NCBI GenBank assembly: GCA_951406725.2
Contig: OX597831.1
Span: 11,346,001 to 11,410,000, forward strand
DNA from: Octopus vulgaris
Taxonomy: Eukaryota
Length of the DNA stretch: 64,000 nucleotides
Reading direction: 5' to 3'
Made by a program: the position numbers and the translations under genes. Under the pieces are notes generated by a model that saw only the letters and a list, made by a program, of their open reading frames with translations, was not told the DNA's origin and did no database searches. Positions within the stretch are counted from its first letter, which is position 1. Each line of letters begins with the position of its first letter. Shown here in pieces: positions 28,446 to 41,283 of this stretch.

Positions 28446-28730
28446 GAATGGGGGGCAAAATAGCTTCTGCAATCGCTAGAAATGAGAGCCAAAGTTTAAC
28501 TCGAACAGCCACACAAAAGCACTACCCTCATGAAATATTTGGGACTACGAGAAGCGTGGCTGTTAAATTTTAGCTCTTATTTCTAGCAATTCTATGTGCT
28601 ACTTTGCACCCTCGTTTATCAATTTTACCTTTTTGGTTTTAATTGCTCTAACCACCTGTATTATAATGTATTCAACATATTATTATAATGTATTAGTATA
28701 TCTTAATATATTATTATAATATCTTATTGC

Positions 28731-28807
<77 letters not shown>

Positions 28808-28809
28808 TT

Positions 28810-28979
28810 TTCTTGTTTCAGTCATTTGACTGCGGCAATGCTGGAGCACCGCCTTTAGTCGAGCAAATCTATCGAGGTATTTTGCCGAACCGCTAACATA
28901 CGGGGACGTAAACACACCAGCATCCGTTGTCAAGCGATGTTAGGGGGACAAACACAGACACACAACCACGCTTGCGCAG

Positions 28980-29013
<34 letters not shown>

Positions 29014-29180
29014 GCGACGGGCTTCTTTCAGTTTCCATCTACCAAACCCACTCACAAGACTTTGGCCGGCCCGAGGCTGTAGGAGAAAGACACTTGACCA
29101 AGGTGCCACGCAGTGGGACTGAATCCAGAACCATGTGGTTCGTAAGCAAACTAATTACCACACAGCCACTCCTGCGCCTA
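28810..29180 (-). mobile_element. SINE family B copy
   Basis: Reverse complement of 58008-58410. Confidence 0.75.
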
Positions 29181-29944
29181 TTCCTGTGGGGAAAATATCA
29201 TATTAGTATATATTATAAATTCATGTACATTATGTGTGCGTAGGGGTTGTTGCTATCTATATGTATTCGTTGCTCGATGTGAATTTGTATTTATGTCAGT
29301 GACTGCCTAGGGATATGGAAGGGGGAGGTAACTTCCTGATCACGCTAACGACACAGTAACCGACATTGGCATCGTTCTCGATGAAAAACATTCGTATAAT
29401 CGGAGCAGACAAAAGAACATGGATTATGGTTTCATAAAATGCACACGTAAATGTACGCGTTTGTGTGTGTGTGTATAAGGATATACACACATATACACAT
29501 GTGTACACAGATATGCATATGCGTGTGTGTGTGTGTCTGTGTGCGCGCATGTATATTTATCTCGTGCTTCGTGTTCAGTTTCTAGCAGGAAACTACGAAA
29601 GAGGAAGCTAAAGAGTCAGCTACACGTTAGGCTGAATGTAGAATAAACGAGCTTACAGTCTAATCGCGACGATAGTCACGTTTAATGGAGAGCAAATCAA
29701 AACGCTATTTATTTGCTTACAATATTATTTTGAAAAAATGACCAAAGGGCGGATTGGAGCAAGTCATAGTTTGTCAGCTTGACTGCTTGCAATTCCCTCC
29801 ACTTACGACCGCGAGCGTGGGTACCTATGTGTGTTTGTTCATGAATATATACATATACACATACCACAAACGTATATATATATATACACATACATACATA
29901 CATACATACATCAGTCTATCAATAAAATTTATATATGTGCATAC

Positions 29945-30014
<70 letters not shown>

Positions 30015-30541
30015 CTTTACTGCCCACAAGGGGCTAAACACAGAGGGGACAAACAAGGACAGACAAAGGGATTAAGTCGATTACATCGCCCCAGTGCAAA
30101 ACTGGTACTTTATTTATCGACCCCGAAAGGATGAAAGGCAAAGTTGGCCTCGGCGGAATTTGAACTAAGAAAAATATATGAAGGGAAAGTTAACGAAAAC
30201 AAACAAAAGACGAAGGCAATTTATATATAAAAAGAAATAGGTGAAAATGTACAAAACCATTAAGAGATTTATCATGATGTTTAAAAAGTTAAACAAACAG
30301 AAACAGGTGTAACATTTCAGTTGTTTTAAATCTTTCTAACCGGTTTCAACCATTTGTCTGTGATGAATATGTTTATAGCATTATAGCTTTTACATAGTTT
30401 TTCTGCAGTTTCATCTAGTTTTTTTTTCTCTGTATAAAACATCCTATGTAGAAATATGCAACCATTTATCACTTTACGTGTAGATATGTATGTGTGTGTC
30501 TGTGTGTGTGTTTGTTTGTGATTGTGTATTTGTGTGTGTTG

Positions 30542-30585
<44 letters not shown>

Positions 30586-30859
30586 ACTAAATAACAAGAG
30601 GATAATATTTATTTAATCACTTCATCTGTTACGTACGTTTCAGTGTCCAACTTCGTGAATAACAATTCTCCAGAAGATAAACAATATAATTATGCTAAGA
30701 GTAACTCGTATGCATCAGAGTGTAACAGAACCTAAAGAGTTCTAAATAAATGGTTATTTGTATCACCAAGCCTTTCGGTGCAAATTAACAAGAAATTATA
30801 TAAATTTCATAAAAATACGCATTCTTCTTTGTTTTATTTCATTTTTATTTTCTATTTTA

Positions 30860-31292
30860 TCTTTTATTTGTTTCAGTCATTTGACTGCGGCAATACTGGA
30901 GCACCACCTTTAGTTGAACAAATCTGCCCCAGGACTTGTCCTTTGTAAGCCTAGTCCTTATTCTATAGGTCTCTTTTGCCGAACCGCTAAGTAACAGGGA
31001 CGTAAACACCAACATCGGTTGTCAAGCGATGATGGAGGGAACAAACACAGATACAAATAAAACACACACACACTCACATATTTATTTATATATATATTTA
31101 CATATATATATATATATATATATATACGTACGACGGGATTCTTTCAGTTTCCGTCTACTAAATCCACTTACAAGACTTTGGTCGGCCCGAGGCTATAGTA
31201 GAGACACTTGCCCAAGGTTCCACGCAGTGGGCCTGAACCGGAACCATGTGGTTGGGAAGCAAGCTTCTTACCCCACAGCCACTCCTGCGCCC
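30860..31292 (-). mobile_element. SINE family B copy ~120 bp into the Tlx intron
   Basis: Reverse complement of 58008-58410. Confidence 0.75.
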
Positions 31293-31408
31293 ATTTGTTT
31301 ATTTAACTCTCTTTCTTTCTTTTTTTTTTGTAAGAAAACGTAAAATGACAACACACGAGTTTGAAAAATATACAAAAATAAAAATATGAATTTAAAAGTA
31401 AAGTGTTT

Positions 31409-31414
31409 ACTTAC
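31409..31414 (-). other. 5' splice donor of the Tlx-like exon 1
   Basis: Minus strand GGCA|GTAAGT, a perfect consensus, at the expected position after the hexapeptide; the in-frame TAA lies inside the intron. Confidence 0.85.
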
Positions 31415-34259
31415 TGCCGAGCCTATCACGTCGAAGGTCCAACCAAGGGTAGGAAAGAGGGTACCAACTGTTCGCTAATGGATGCGGTCGATGAGCGGGT
31501 ACTTTAATCACCCCACTTGCTCCTGAAGCCATCTGCAGTCCACAAGGGAAGGTGGGAAGCGACAAAAGACTCCCTGATAACGTTGTTGCCAGACCAGAAG
31601 CCAGGGCCGCCGAGGCAGCGTGCGTTGCTTTCATATCCGCCACAGACGAAGGTCCGTGATTGGTCGGACTGGTCGAGAGTTCAAGATCGGACTTCGGCGA
31701 CGGTGACGCCGAACGAGAAAAAGGAATGGAGTGTGTGTCCATGTTGTTGCTATTGCTATCGTTTGTGCTGTTGTTGTTGTTGTTGTTGTTGTTGTTGCTG
31801 TGGTTGTTGCCACCAAATAAAAGAGTCGGTGAAGTTGGTGTGCTACTGCCGCTACTACTGCTGCTGCTACTGATGCTACTGCTGTTGTTGTTGTTGCTGC
31901 TGTTGGTGTTTGTAGTGATGCTGATGCTGCTTAGTATAGTCGGGCTACCCCCGTTTGTCAAACAGATGTGGGTCTTAGTATTGTTAGTATTACTACTAGC
32001 AATCTTACTATGACTAACACTATTGATGCTACTATTCCTACCACCACTACTACTACTACTGTTACCGCTACCATTATTACCACTATTATTGCTATTACTA
32101 CTACTACTACTACTACTATTACTACTACTACTACTATTCATAGCACCAACGCCACTACCACCGCCACCATTTGAACACGCATTGCTGTGGCTGTTGTTGT
32201 TGTTGTTGTTGTTGCTATTGTTGTTGGTATCATTACTAATAGTGGTAGTATTAGTAGTAGTATTACTGTTGCTGTTATGGATGTGGTGGTGGGCAGGGTG
32301 GTGGTGGTGGTGTGGGTGATGGTGGAGATGATGCATGTGTTGGCTGTCAATGGCGGATTTCAGACCATTCGATAACTGGTAATGGTTCCCGTTGTTGTTG
32401 TTGTTGCTGTTGTTGGTGTTGTTAAGATGTTGTTGTTGCTGCCGTTGTTGTTGTTGTTGTTGTAAATGCTGGTGTTGGTGTTGGTGTGATAGATTCGTGT
32501 GCAGTGGGTGGGGTTGAGTTTGCTGGGGGTGAACATGCAACGAGTAGTGCCGGTTGTCATGGTTACCACGCTTGCCATCGTCGCAGCAATCCCCTTCTAC
32601 CTCTTCCCTCTCCTCCTCCTCATCATCATCTTCTTCCATCTCCACCTCGACTTCTACTTCCTCATCTTCCTCCATGTCACCGCCGGCCCCACCGGACACG
32701 CCGCTTCCGTTCTCTTCCCTCTCTTTCCTCATCTCGCTCTCGTCCTCCTCCTCCTCCTCCTCCACTCCGAGTATCCGGCTGATGCCAAACGACAGTTTCG
32801 ACCTCGGAGTTGCTGTTATTGGTGTTGTGGTCAGCATGCTCGGCAAAGAAATCGGCAACGTGGTGACCACGCCGAGAGGCAGGCTCGAAACCGGAGATAT
32901 AGGGCAGCGATCGTAGCGCTGCTGTTGTTGCTGTTGATGATGAGGGGCTGGGGGAGGCAGGTGATGATGTGCTTGCTGGGCCCCGCAAAGAACATTGTAG
33001 CTGGTCAGAGAATGAAGTGGGGACGATCTCAGATTGCCCAGCCTGGAGAGAGGCTGGGCAGCGTTGGTTGTCGTCGTTGTTGTTATTGCTGGTGGAGGTG
33101 GCGGTGGCGGAGGTAGTGGTAGTGATAACGATGGTGGCGGAGGTGGTGATGCGGCCGGGGAGCTGACGGTCATCGGCTCTACGGAATTGACGCCGGGCTG
33201 AGTAGCAGCGGTAGCAGCAGCAGCCGCAGCAGCAGCGGCGGCGGCGGCGGCGGCGGCGGCGACGGCTACTGGTGACGATGGTGGCGACGAGGAGGAGAAA
33301 TAGAAGGCGGAATTGGGCGAAGGGGGTGGCCGTGGCGACGGTGACAGCGACGAAGATGGCGACGGAGGGGATGGCGGTGACGACGCGGGAGACAGAGCCG
33401 TGGGCGACAGGGGCGTCGGAGACGTAGTCAGCGGCGGGGAAGTCGGTGACGGTGGCAACGGTGGTGGTAGCGGTGGTGGTGGTGGAGGAGGTGGTGGTGA
33501 TGACAAGGACGACGGCGAAGACGACGACGACGATTTACATTCCGGGATATTTTTCCTATTGTTGTTGTTGTTGGCTGTAGTATTCGAGGTGGTGGCGGTG
33601 GTGTTGGTAGAATTATTTACGAAATCCACCGTCGTGGTGGTCGTTGTAGTCACCGCCGCAGCTGCAGCAGCGGCAGCCGCCGCCGCCGCCGCCGCTGCCA
33701 TTGCTACCTCTGAGATCGAAGCCGTATTGCCGCAGGCGGCGTTGTTGTCGGCCGTGGTGGAGCTCACATCGTCCATGGAGTTGCTGTCACAGGAACCGGA
33801 AGTCGTTGTGTGATGAGGAGATGGCGGCTTCACTGCCAACTTTCGGCCATGTTTCACAAGAATAGACAAACCGCCATTTCTTTGCTGCTGTTGTTGTTGT
33901 TGTTGAGCCAATACACTCCTGGTTGCTGGAGGTGACCCACACGACTGAGGCAGTTGCTGCTGTTGCTGCTGCTGCTGCTGGTGTGATTCAAGATGGCGGT
34001 GTAAGTGAACATTAGAATGTTTCTGCAGCTGTTGTTTTTGTTTCGGTTGCTGCTGCTGATGGCTGTTATGACAGCTACCACTGTTGCTGCTGTCGCTGTT
34101 GTTGTTGCTGCTGCTGTTATTCCCAACACATTTGTTGGGAATTGAATTCTGTTGTTGTTGTTGTTGTGATTGTTGTGATTGTTGTTGTTGTTGAGAGTAA
34201 CTTGTGTGCCGACTGATATTTGTGTTACATTTACTTCCGGTCAAGTTATTACTACCGTT

Positions 34260-34296
<37 letters not shown>

Positions 34297-34715
34297 CTAC
34301 TGCTGCTGCTGTTGTTGCTATTATTCATATGATGGCGTTGGTGTTGGTGATGGTAGTTGTGGTGATGGTGGGGGTGATGGTGGCGTTGGTGGTTATGGTG
34401 GTGGTGTTGGTGGTAACCAGTTTGGTCGGCTGCCGTATTCTTGTTGTTGTTGTTGTTGCTCTTGTTGCCGTCGCCACCACTGCCACCACCACCTCCATTA
34501 CTACAGCTACTGCTATTACTACTACCACTACTACTATTGCTGCTGTTGCTGTTGCTGCATTTATTGTTGCTGTTGTTGTTGTTGTTGTTGTTACTGCTAC
34601 TGCTGCTGCTGTGCTGGCTGACGAATGAGTCATTCGAAGCTGGTGACGAAGTTTCAAAATTCACAACATCCAGTCTTTCTTCCTCCATCATGTCAGACAG
34701 TGCGGAATGCATCAT
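31415..34715 (-). CDS. Tlx: First coding exon of a Tlx/Hox11 (T-cell leukemia homeobox, C15/clawless)-like homeobox transcription factor; ~1100 codons, homeodomain exon not found in window
   Basis: Open 1102-codon frame. eh1-like KLSFGISRILG (32769-32789, ~aa 643). Tlx-typical GVIKVPAHRP (31485-31514). Hexapeptide YPWL (31440-31451) followed by RRDRL, matching the vertebrate Tlx order GVIRVPAHRP...FPWM...KDRF. The frame runs into a canonical GTAAGT donor (31414-31409), phase 1. The true start may be M9/M10 (34691/34688). Confidence 0.85.
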
Positions 34716-34723
34716 GGGTGCAT
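34712..34723 (-). promoter_or_regulatory. Minimal upstream ORF (Met-His-Pro-stop) overlapping the first Tlx ATG
   Basis: Minus strand ACT-ATG-CAC-CCA-TGA-TG; the TGA overlaps ATG 34715 and the uATG has A at -3. Confidence 0.45.
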
Positions 34724-35839
34724 AGTTTCTACTTTATCCCGTCACCGCTCTTATCTGACCGCTCTGCCTTTGAACTTAGTATTGGCTACTGGCGTAGTAG
34801 TTGTACTTTATATATATATATATATGTATGTGAGTGTGTGTGTGTATGTGTGTATATATATATATGTATATGTATGTATGTTTTCCTGTGTTTATTGCTC
34901 TTTAGCTGACGTTAACAGTTTGGGCTGAAGAATTGATATTAATAAATTCTCTCTTTCTCTCTCCCTACTGTACTTACTGATTTTACTGTTGTTTCTGATG
35001 ATGTTGCGGTGTTTATTCCCAGCACACTTATAATCAAACTGTGTCCATTCCGTGGTGTAAACTAATCACGTTCTTATTTTATTCTTGAAGATACGGCTCT
35101 GCTGTTTCTAGCACATCAAGTGTACCCCTATTGGTTCAATAGTAGAGAGAAGGAAAAGAAGAAATAAGGGTAACTGAAGTACGTTGACTGGGGGAAAAAT
35201 GGAGGCGAAGAAATAAGGTTCTTTATGTTTTCTTAGCTATGTGCTGAAGCTACGCGGTAGATGCAAGTTTGAATAGGAAATGTTTCGATATGGTGTGAGT
35301 GGGCGATTATGTGACGATTTCAAGGGTCATTGGTTGTTTCTTCAAGTTTAGATAAGAAAATGGATTGTAGTTGAGGCGTTCACTTGGCTGCAGAAGAACA
35401 GAGATGTAGATTTCTTGCTGCTTCTGTTTCAGGATTCGCTGCTGAGTACCTATTTAATAGAAAAGAAGAAAATGAAATTTATTATCACAATTTAGAAATG
35501 GTTTGAAATTCTGGAACAAGGCCAGTAATTTTGCGGGATGGAATAAATCAATTACACCGAGACCACTGTTCAAATGGAACTTATTTTTTCGAACCTGAAA
35601 GGACGAAAAGCAGAGTCGACTTCGGCAGAACTCGAACCCAGAACGCATAGAGAACGAAGAAATATTTTGTCCGAATTGCTAACGGTTCCATCGGTACACC
35701 GCCTTAATATACGTTAAGAGTAGAAGAACATGCACAACAATACGCGTGTGCACACACACACAATTTGCTATAAAACACACTCACACACACACACATACAC
35801 ACACATGTACACACACACACACACATACACACACTCACT

Positions 35840-35896
35840 CCTTTAAAAAGGAGTCTGGACAAATTTCTTCAAGGAATACCAGATAAGCCACCCATA

Positions 35897-35900
<4 letters not shown>
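35840..35900 (+). mobile_element. Short CR1-like LINE 3' coding fragment
   Basis: Translates as FKKESGQ/SLDKFLQGIPDKPPIP, resembling the FKxxLDKFLxxIPDxP end of CR1-type ORF2. Confidence 0.4.
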
Positions 35901-35983
<83 letters not shown>

Positions 35984-35988
35984 TGATG

Positions 35989-36035
<47 letters not shown>

Positions 36036-36074
36036 ATAATAATAATAATAATGATGATCATGATAATAATAATG

Positions 36075-36129
<55 letters not shown>

Positions 36130-36134
36130 TGATG

Positions 36135-36206
<72 letters not shown>

Positions 36207-36208
<2 letters not shown>

Positions 36209-37038
36209 CTAAACGCAAAAGAAATAGACAAAGAAAAATCCCAGCAATGGTTGAGAAGCTCAGGACTCAAAGCAGAAACAGAGGGATTTTTAATTGCAGC
36301 ACAAGACCAAAGCCTCCCCACCAGAAATTACCAAAAACATGTAATGAAAAGAAATATTACAAGTAACTGCAGAATATGTGGAGATGGACAAGAAACAATA
36401 AATCATATTATCTCTAGCTGCCCAGTCCTGGCTAAGAAGGAATATATTCACAGACATGACAGAGTTGGAACCTACATACATTGGAAGCTATGCCAACATT
36501 ATGGAATAACAACAGAAAAAAGATGGTATAGGCACACACCAGAAAAGGTCACAGAAAACGAGAAAGCAACCATACTCTGGGATATGCCGATACACACAGA
36601 TAGAGAAATTAAGGCCAACAGACCAGATATAGTTGTCAGAGATCACGAAGAAAAAAAATGCTTTTTAATTGATGTATCAATACCGGCAGATGACAACGTG
36701 TCTCTAAAAGAAATGGAGAAACTCTCAAAATACAAAGACCTGGAAATAGAGGTAACTAGAATGTGGAATCTGAAAACAGAAACAATTCCTATCATAGTAG
36801 GTGCATTAGGCATGATAAAAAAATATTCAGACAAATACATAACTAAAACACCAGGACTTACAAACACATATAACATACAGAAAATTGCACTACTAGGCAC
36901 TGCCCACATCCTACGCAGAACACTTTCCATACAATAACCATCAGAGCATCACAACAAATCACAGCACATACCCAAGGCACAGAGCTGCGCTCGGTAGTGA
37001 AGTGAAAGCACGCTATAAAAATAAAAATAAAACTACTG
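36207..37038 (+). mobile_element. 5'-truncated R4/Dong-like non-LTR retrotransposon (zinc knuckle + restriction-like endonuclease + 3' UTR) inserted in (TAA)n
   Basis: Uninterrupted frame to 36937: CRICGDGQETINHIISSC (CCHC), RHD, NRPDIVV...LIDVSIP...KLSKY (PD-(D/E)xK REL), ending IALLGTAHILRR; (TAA)n on both sides. Confidence 0.9.
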
Positions 37039-37075
37039 AATAATAATAATAATAATAATAATAATGATGATGATG

Positions 37076-37139
<64 letters not shown>

Positions 37140-37150
37140 TGATGATGATG

Positions 37151-37219
<69 letters not shown>

Positions 37220-37295
37220 GAGTTTCTTTGCCCTAGGAGTCGGGAAGACACTCGGCAAGAAATGGAAGCAAATTTGAAAGAAGAAAAAAAAAAAA

Positions 37296-37421
<126 letters not shown>

Positions 37422-38079
37422 AAGAAGAAGAAGAACGAAAAATACTTAAGGAATGAGAACCCAGGTTCGAAATTTGCCCAAGACACCTGATGAGGTGTGT
37501 GCGTGTGTATACCTGTTTCTAAGTTAAGTTACAATGGAACCCATTTTGCATTAAACAGAAGAATTACACAATAGTTCTTGTAGAATATCTATTTGCTATC
37601 CTTCTGCAAGAACTGTGTCGATAGTGACTTCGAGGTTTCAGCTTCGATGGCAGTTGAAGGCGATCCAGTTGGAACTTCGAAGTTATAGTTAACACTATCC
37701 ATTAAAAGAATATTATATGTGTCTTTCAGCGTGTGTGTAGGTAAATGTGTGTGAGTGTATGCATGTATATGCGTGTGTTTGTATGGATGTATGAAACGGG
37801 TGCATCATCATGCTTCACTTATTAAATGGTCCAGTGGTACCAATACCCTTTCTTCATATATACGTAAACCTGGACACCTATTCTTGGTGTTTAGACTTTT
37901 CTTTACCCAGCTGAGAAGCTTAGTCACATTGTAAGAGGCAATTCGTTAAAGATAGACGGGAAATGCGAATTGAAGATAGATGAGTTGCGCTCAACGACAG
38001 GGTAACAGATTAAGTTGTCAAGTATATGTATGTATATATATATGTATATATATATATGTATGTATATATATATATATAT

Positions 38080-38225
38080 AGTTAATCCAAACATAAAAAC
38101 ACAAAGAGAAAACACAACAACGCGAGGACGTGGAAGAAGTATAGTGTTATTGGACGCTCAGGAAAGGAAAGAAGGATTTCACATTTCGAGCGGAGCTCTT
38201 CGCCAACGGTACACACGCGGTCATA
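38080..38225 (-). mobile_element. Diverged pLTR copy
   Basis: Minus strand GA-A-GAGC-TCC-GCTC-GAAATGT motif; 3' end at (TA)n. Confidence 0.5.
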
Positions 38226-38255
38226 TATGTGTGTGTGTATACATATATGTTTTGA

Positions 38256-38314
<59 letters not shown>

Positions 38315-38639
38315 TTCGTTGCTATTATGCAAAAGTGTCGTAAGTCCAAAACGTTGCCTTTTCAGGAAACGAATAAATAGCTTCACCATTCCATTGCAAA
38401 TACGTTTTACTACACTTTGATAATTTTTGATATTTTGAAACCTGAAGCAGCTGGAGATACGACAGTTTGACCAAAAGAAGCGACTATTTCAAACAAAAAT
38501 AAATATTGAAAAAAAAAACGCATTTGGCCAAATTTCGACATACGAAAGTTTAATATGATAGCAACAATATATTAGAAGATAATGACAATGGCTTGCTCCT
38601 GTATGGCTTCCGCTTCCGAAAAAGATTCTTCACAGAGTT

Positions 38640-39367
38640 TCAGCAGCATTATGACTGGGCGCTAAAACATTAAAAGTGGGTGTGATATTTCTTGGTTTTG
38701 CAAAGGCCTTTGACAAAATTGATTACGGTATATTACGTTACAAGCTACAGAGACACAGCTTTGTCAGAAAACTGTGGAAATGGTTTCACGACTTCTTGAA
38801 AGACAAAAGCCAGGCTGTAGCGAACGGAACCCTCTCCTAGAAGACAGCAATAGTGAATGGGGTACTACAGGGAACTGTCTTAAGGCTGCTACTATTTTAT
38901 GGTAGGAAACAGCGCGTGGTTTAATGCAGGAAAATTCGAAGCCCTCCGCTATCAGCTCGATTGCACTAACAAAGATGCTTCGGACCAAATGTGTGGTAAT
39001 ATCAGTCATAAAGTAATGCAAGGTCTAGGGATTGATATAAAAGTTCTCAGAATCCATCCAAGCATTCTCCCTCACATTGCGACTACCTTATCACCAAGGT
39101 AGTCGCAATGTGATGGAGAATGCTGGGATGGATTCCGAGAACTTTTAAACAAAGGACCAGGAAACTATGATGGTCCAATGGAAGACATTTGTCCTCAGCC
39201 GTCGGGGTTACTGCTCTCAAATATGGACAACCCACAGTATCAGATTAATAATAGCGGAAGTTGGGGCAGTTCAGCAGTACATCAATGGAACAGCTGAGTT
39301 ACTGAGAAAGACCTAAAAGAGTTACGACTCTGCTCTTTGGATCGAATAAGGTAAAGGATATGCGGTG

Positions 39368-39412
<45 letters not shown>

Positions 39413-39600
39413 ACCACAGATATATATAGAAGATTTTAGAGGGGTTAGCACCAAAACTCGGCATCGAAAGATATATCAGCCTCCGAAAAGCATGGCACTA
39501 AACTGTTCCAAATGTCCCATCCTTTCCGTCTAGAGTGAGGGTCGTGTGCTACAATAGCTTATGATTCAAAGGCTCACAGCTATTTAGTATCTTACAAAAA
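38640..39600 (+). mobile_element. Decayed CR1/L2-like LINE reverse-transcriptase remnant
   Basis: VIFLGFAKAFDKIDYGIL (DFxKAFD motif), NGVLQGTVLRLLLF (GVPQGxVLGPLLF), RMLGWIPRTFK, SY*ERPK, NSL*FKGSQLFSIL; many stops and frameshifts, interrupted by (TA)n. Confidence 0.75.
39039..39146. repeat. Fold-back inverted repeat, 51-bp arms, 6-nt loop
   Basis: 39039-39089 is the reverse complement of 39096-39146 with 3 mismatches. Confidence 0.9.
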
Positions 39601-39924
39601 AATGGAGTGACCATCGTTGGAGGCAGTAGTCCAGACGGCTGAGGACAAAGCTCTTCCGTAGCACCAGGATAGTCCTTTGGTCACTTGTTCTGAAAGTACT
39701 CAGAATTCATCCGGCCATTCGCCTGCACACTGCTACCATCATGGTGGTATGTTCCTGAAACCATGATTGCTATTCATATCAATCAAAAAGGTCCCGCGCT
39801 GTGTTTGACTCTGCGATTTCCGATCCTTTTGGTCTCAAATAATTTTGTTGTGGTGTGTCACCAAAAGCTTGCGTTAAATTGCACATTGCTTTCTTTAGTC
39901 CATTACATATATGTGTGTGTATGC

Positions 39925-39966
<42 letters not shown>

Positions 39967-40238
39967 ATGTATGTGTATGTGTGCGTGCGGTTGTGTATGT
40001 ATATGCACCCCTATACATGTGTATATATATATATATATACTGAATGTGTGTGTGTGTCTGTGAGTGTATGCGTATGTGTGCGTGTATGTGTGTGTATAGA
40101 CATACACACACATGCACCCACACATGCACGCACACATATATTCAGGCACACATACACATACAAACTAGTGGTACTTATGAAAATATATAATATAGAAAAT
40201 AAAACATGTGAATAATAATAATAATAATAATTAATAAC

Positions 40239-40292
<54 letters not shown>

Positions 40293-40295
<3 letters not shown>

Positions 40296-40800
40296 GACAG
40301 TATATTGAAAGACTTCAGACAAAAATCGTGCCTCCTCATTGATATGACTGTCCCAATCGATATAAACGTATCTGTCAAGACCTACCAAAAACTGAGCAAG
40401 TATAAAGATCTTGAAATAGAAATTAGCAAAATGTGGAGCCTGAAGACTAAAACAATACCTGTTGTCATAGGTACTCTAGGAATGATAGCAAAAGAGACTG
40501 ATTGCTACCTAACTCAGGATGCCAGGAAACTCCAAAATGACAGAAATTCAAAAGATGGTGCTCATGGGAACTTCCCGTATCCTACGTAAAATACTGGCAA
40601 TGCAATCTCAAATTTTAAAACAAACTCATAATTTTCTTATGGTTTCTTAAACATTCTGTAGAACATTTGTAAAACCAAATATATGACACCCTCGGCATAA
40701 CACCAACATGAACTTCTAACTTGCTGTCTCTTGAAGTCTCTGGGTGAGACTTGGAGACAACTTGTACAAATGCAAAGCAAAAGTCAAACATAAAATAATT
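40293..40800 (+). mobile_element. Second, more degenerate R4/Dong-like LINE 3' fragment
   Basis: CLLIDMTVPIDINVSVKTYQKLSKYKDLEIEISKMWSLKTKTIPVVIGTLG is homologous to 36251-36937; frameshifted afterwards; preceded by (TAA)n. Confidence 0.8.
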
Positions 40801-41011
40801 ATTACTCTTTCTACTGGAAGATCTCAAATTTGAGAGAAGGGATTATGTCGATTACATCGACTCCAGTGCGTAGCTGGTACTAATTTTATCGATCATGATA
40901 GGATGAAAGGTAAAGTCAACCTCGGCGGAATTTGAACTCAGAACGTAGCAGCAGACGAAATACCACTAAACATTTCGCCCGGTGTGCTAACGTTTATGCC
41001 ATTTCACTGCC

Positions 41012-41280
<269 letters not shown>

Positions 41281-41283
<3 letters not shown>

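Noticed and set aside
31407-31414. ORF-track stop codon as the true end of the 1102-aa protein
   Set aside because: The TAA lies within a perfect GTAAGT donor right after the hexapeptide, so splicing to a homeobox exon is far more likely.
31517-34725. Antisense ORFs over the Tlx exon
   Set aside because: Shadow frames of trinucleotide-rich coding sequence.
37440-37495. ACACCTGATGAGG as a hammerhead
   Set aside because: Truncated directly after the CTGATGA core, with no helix II or GAAA.
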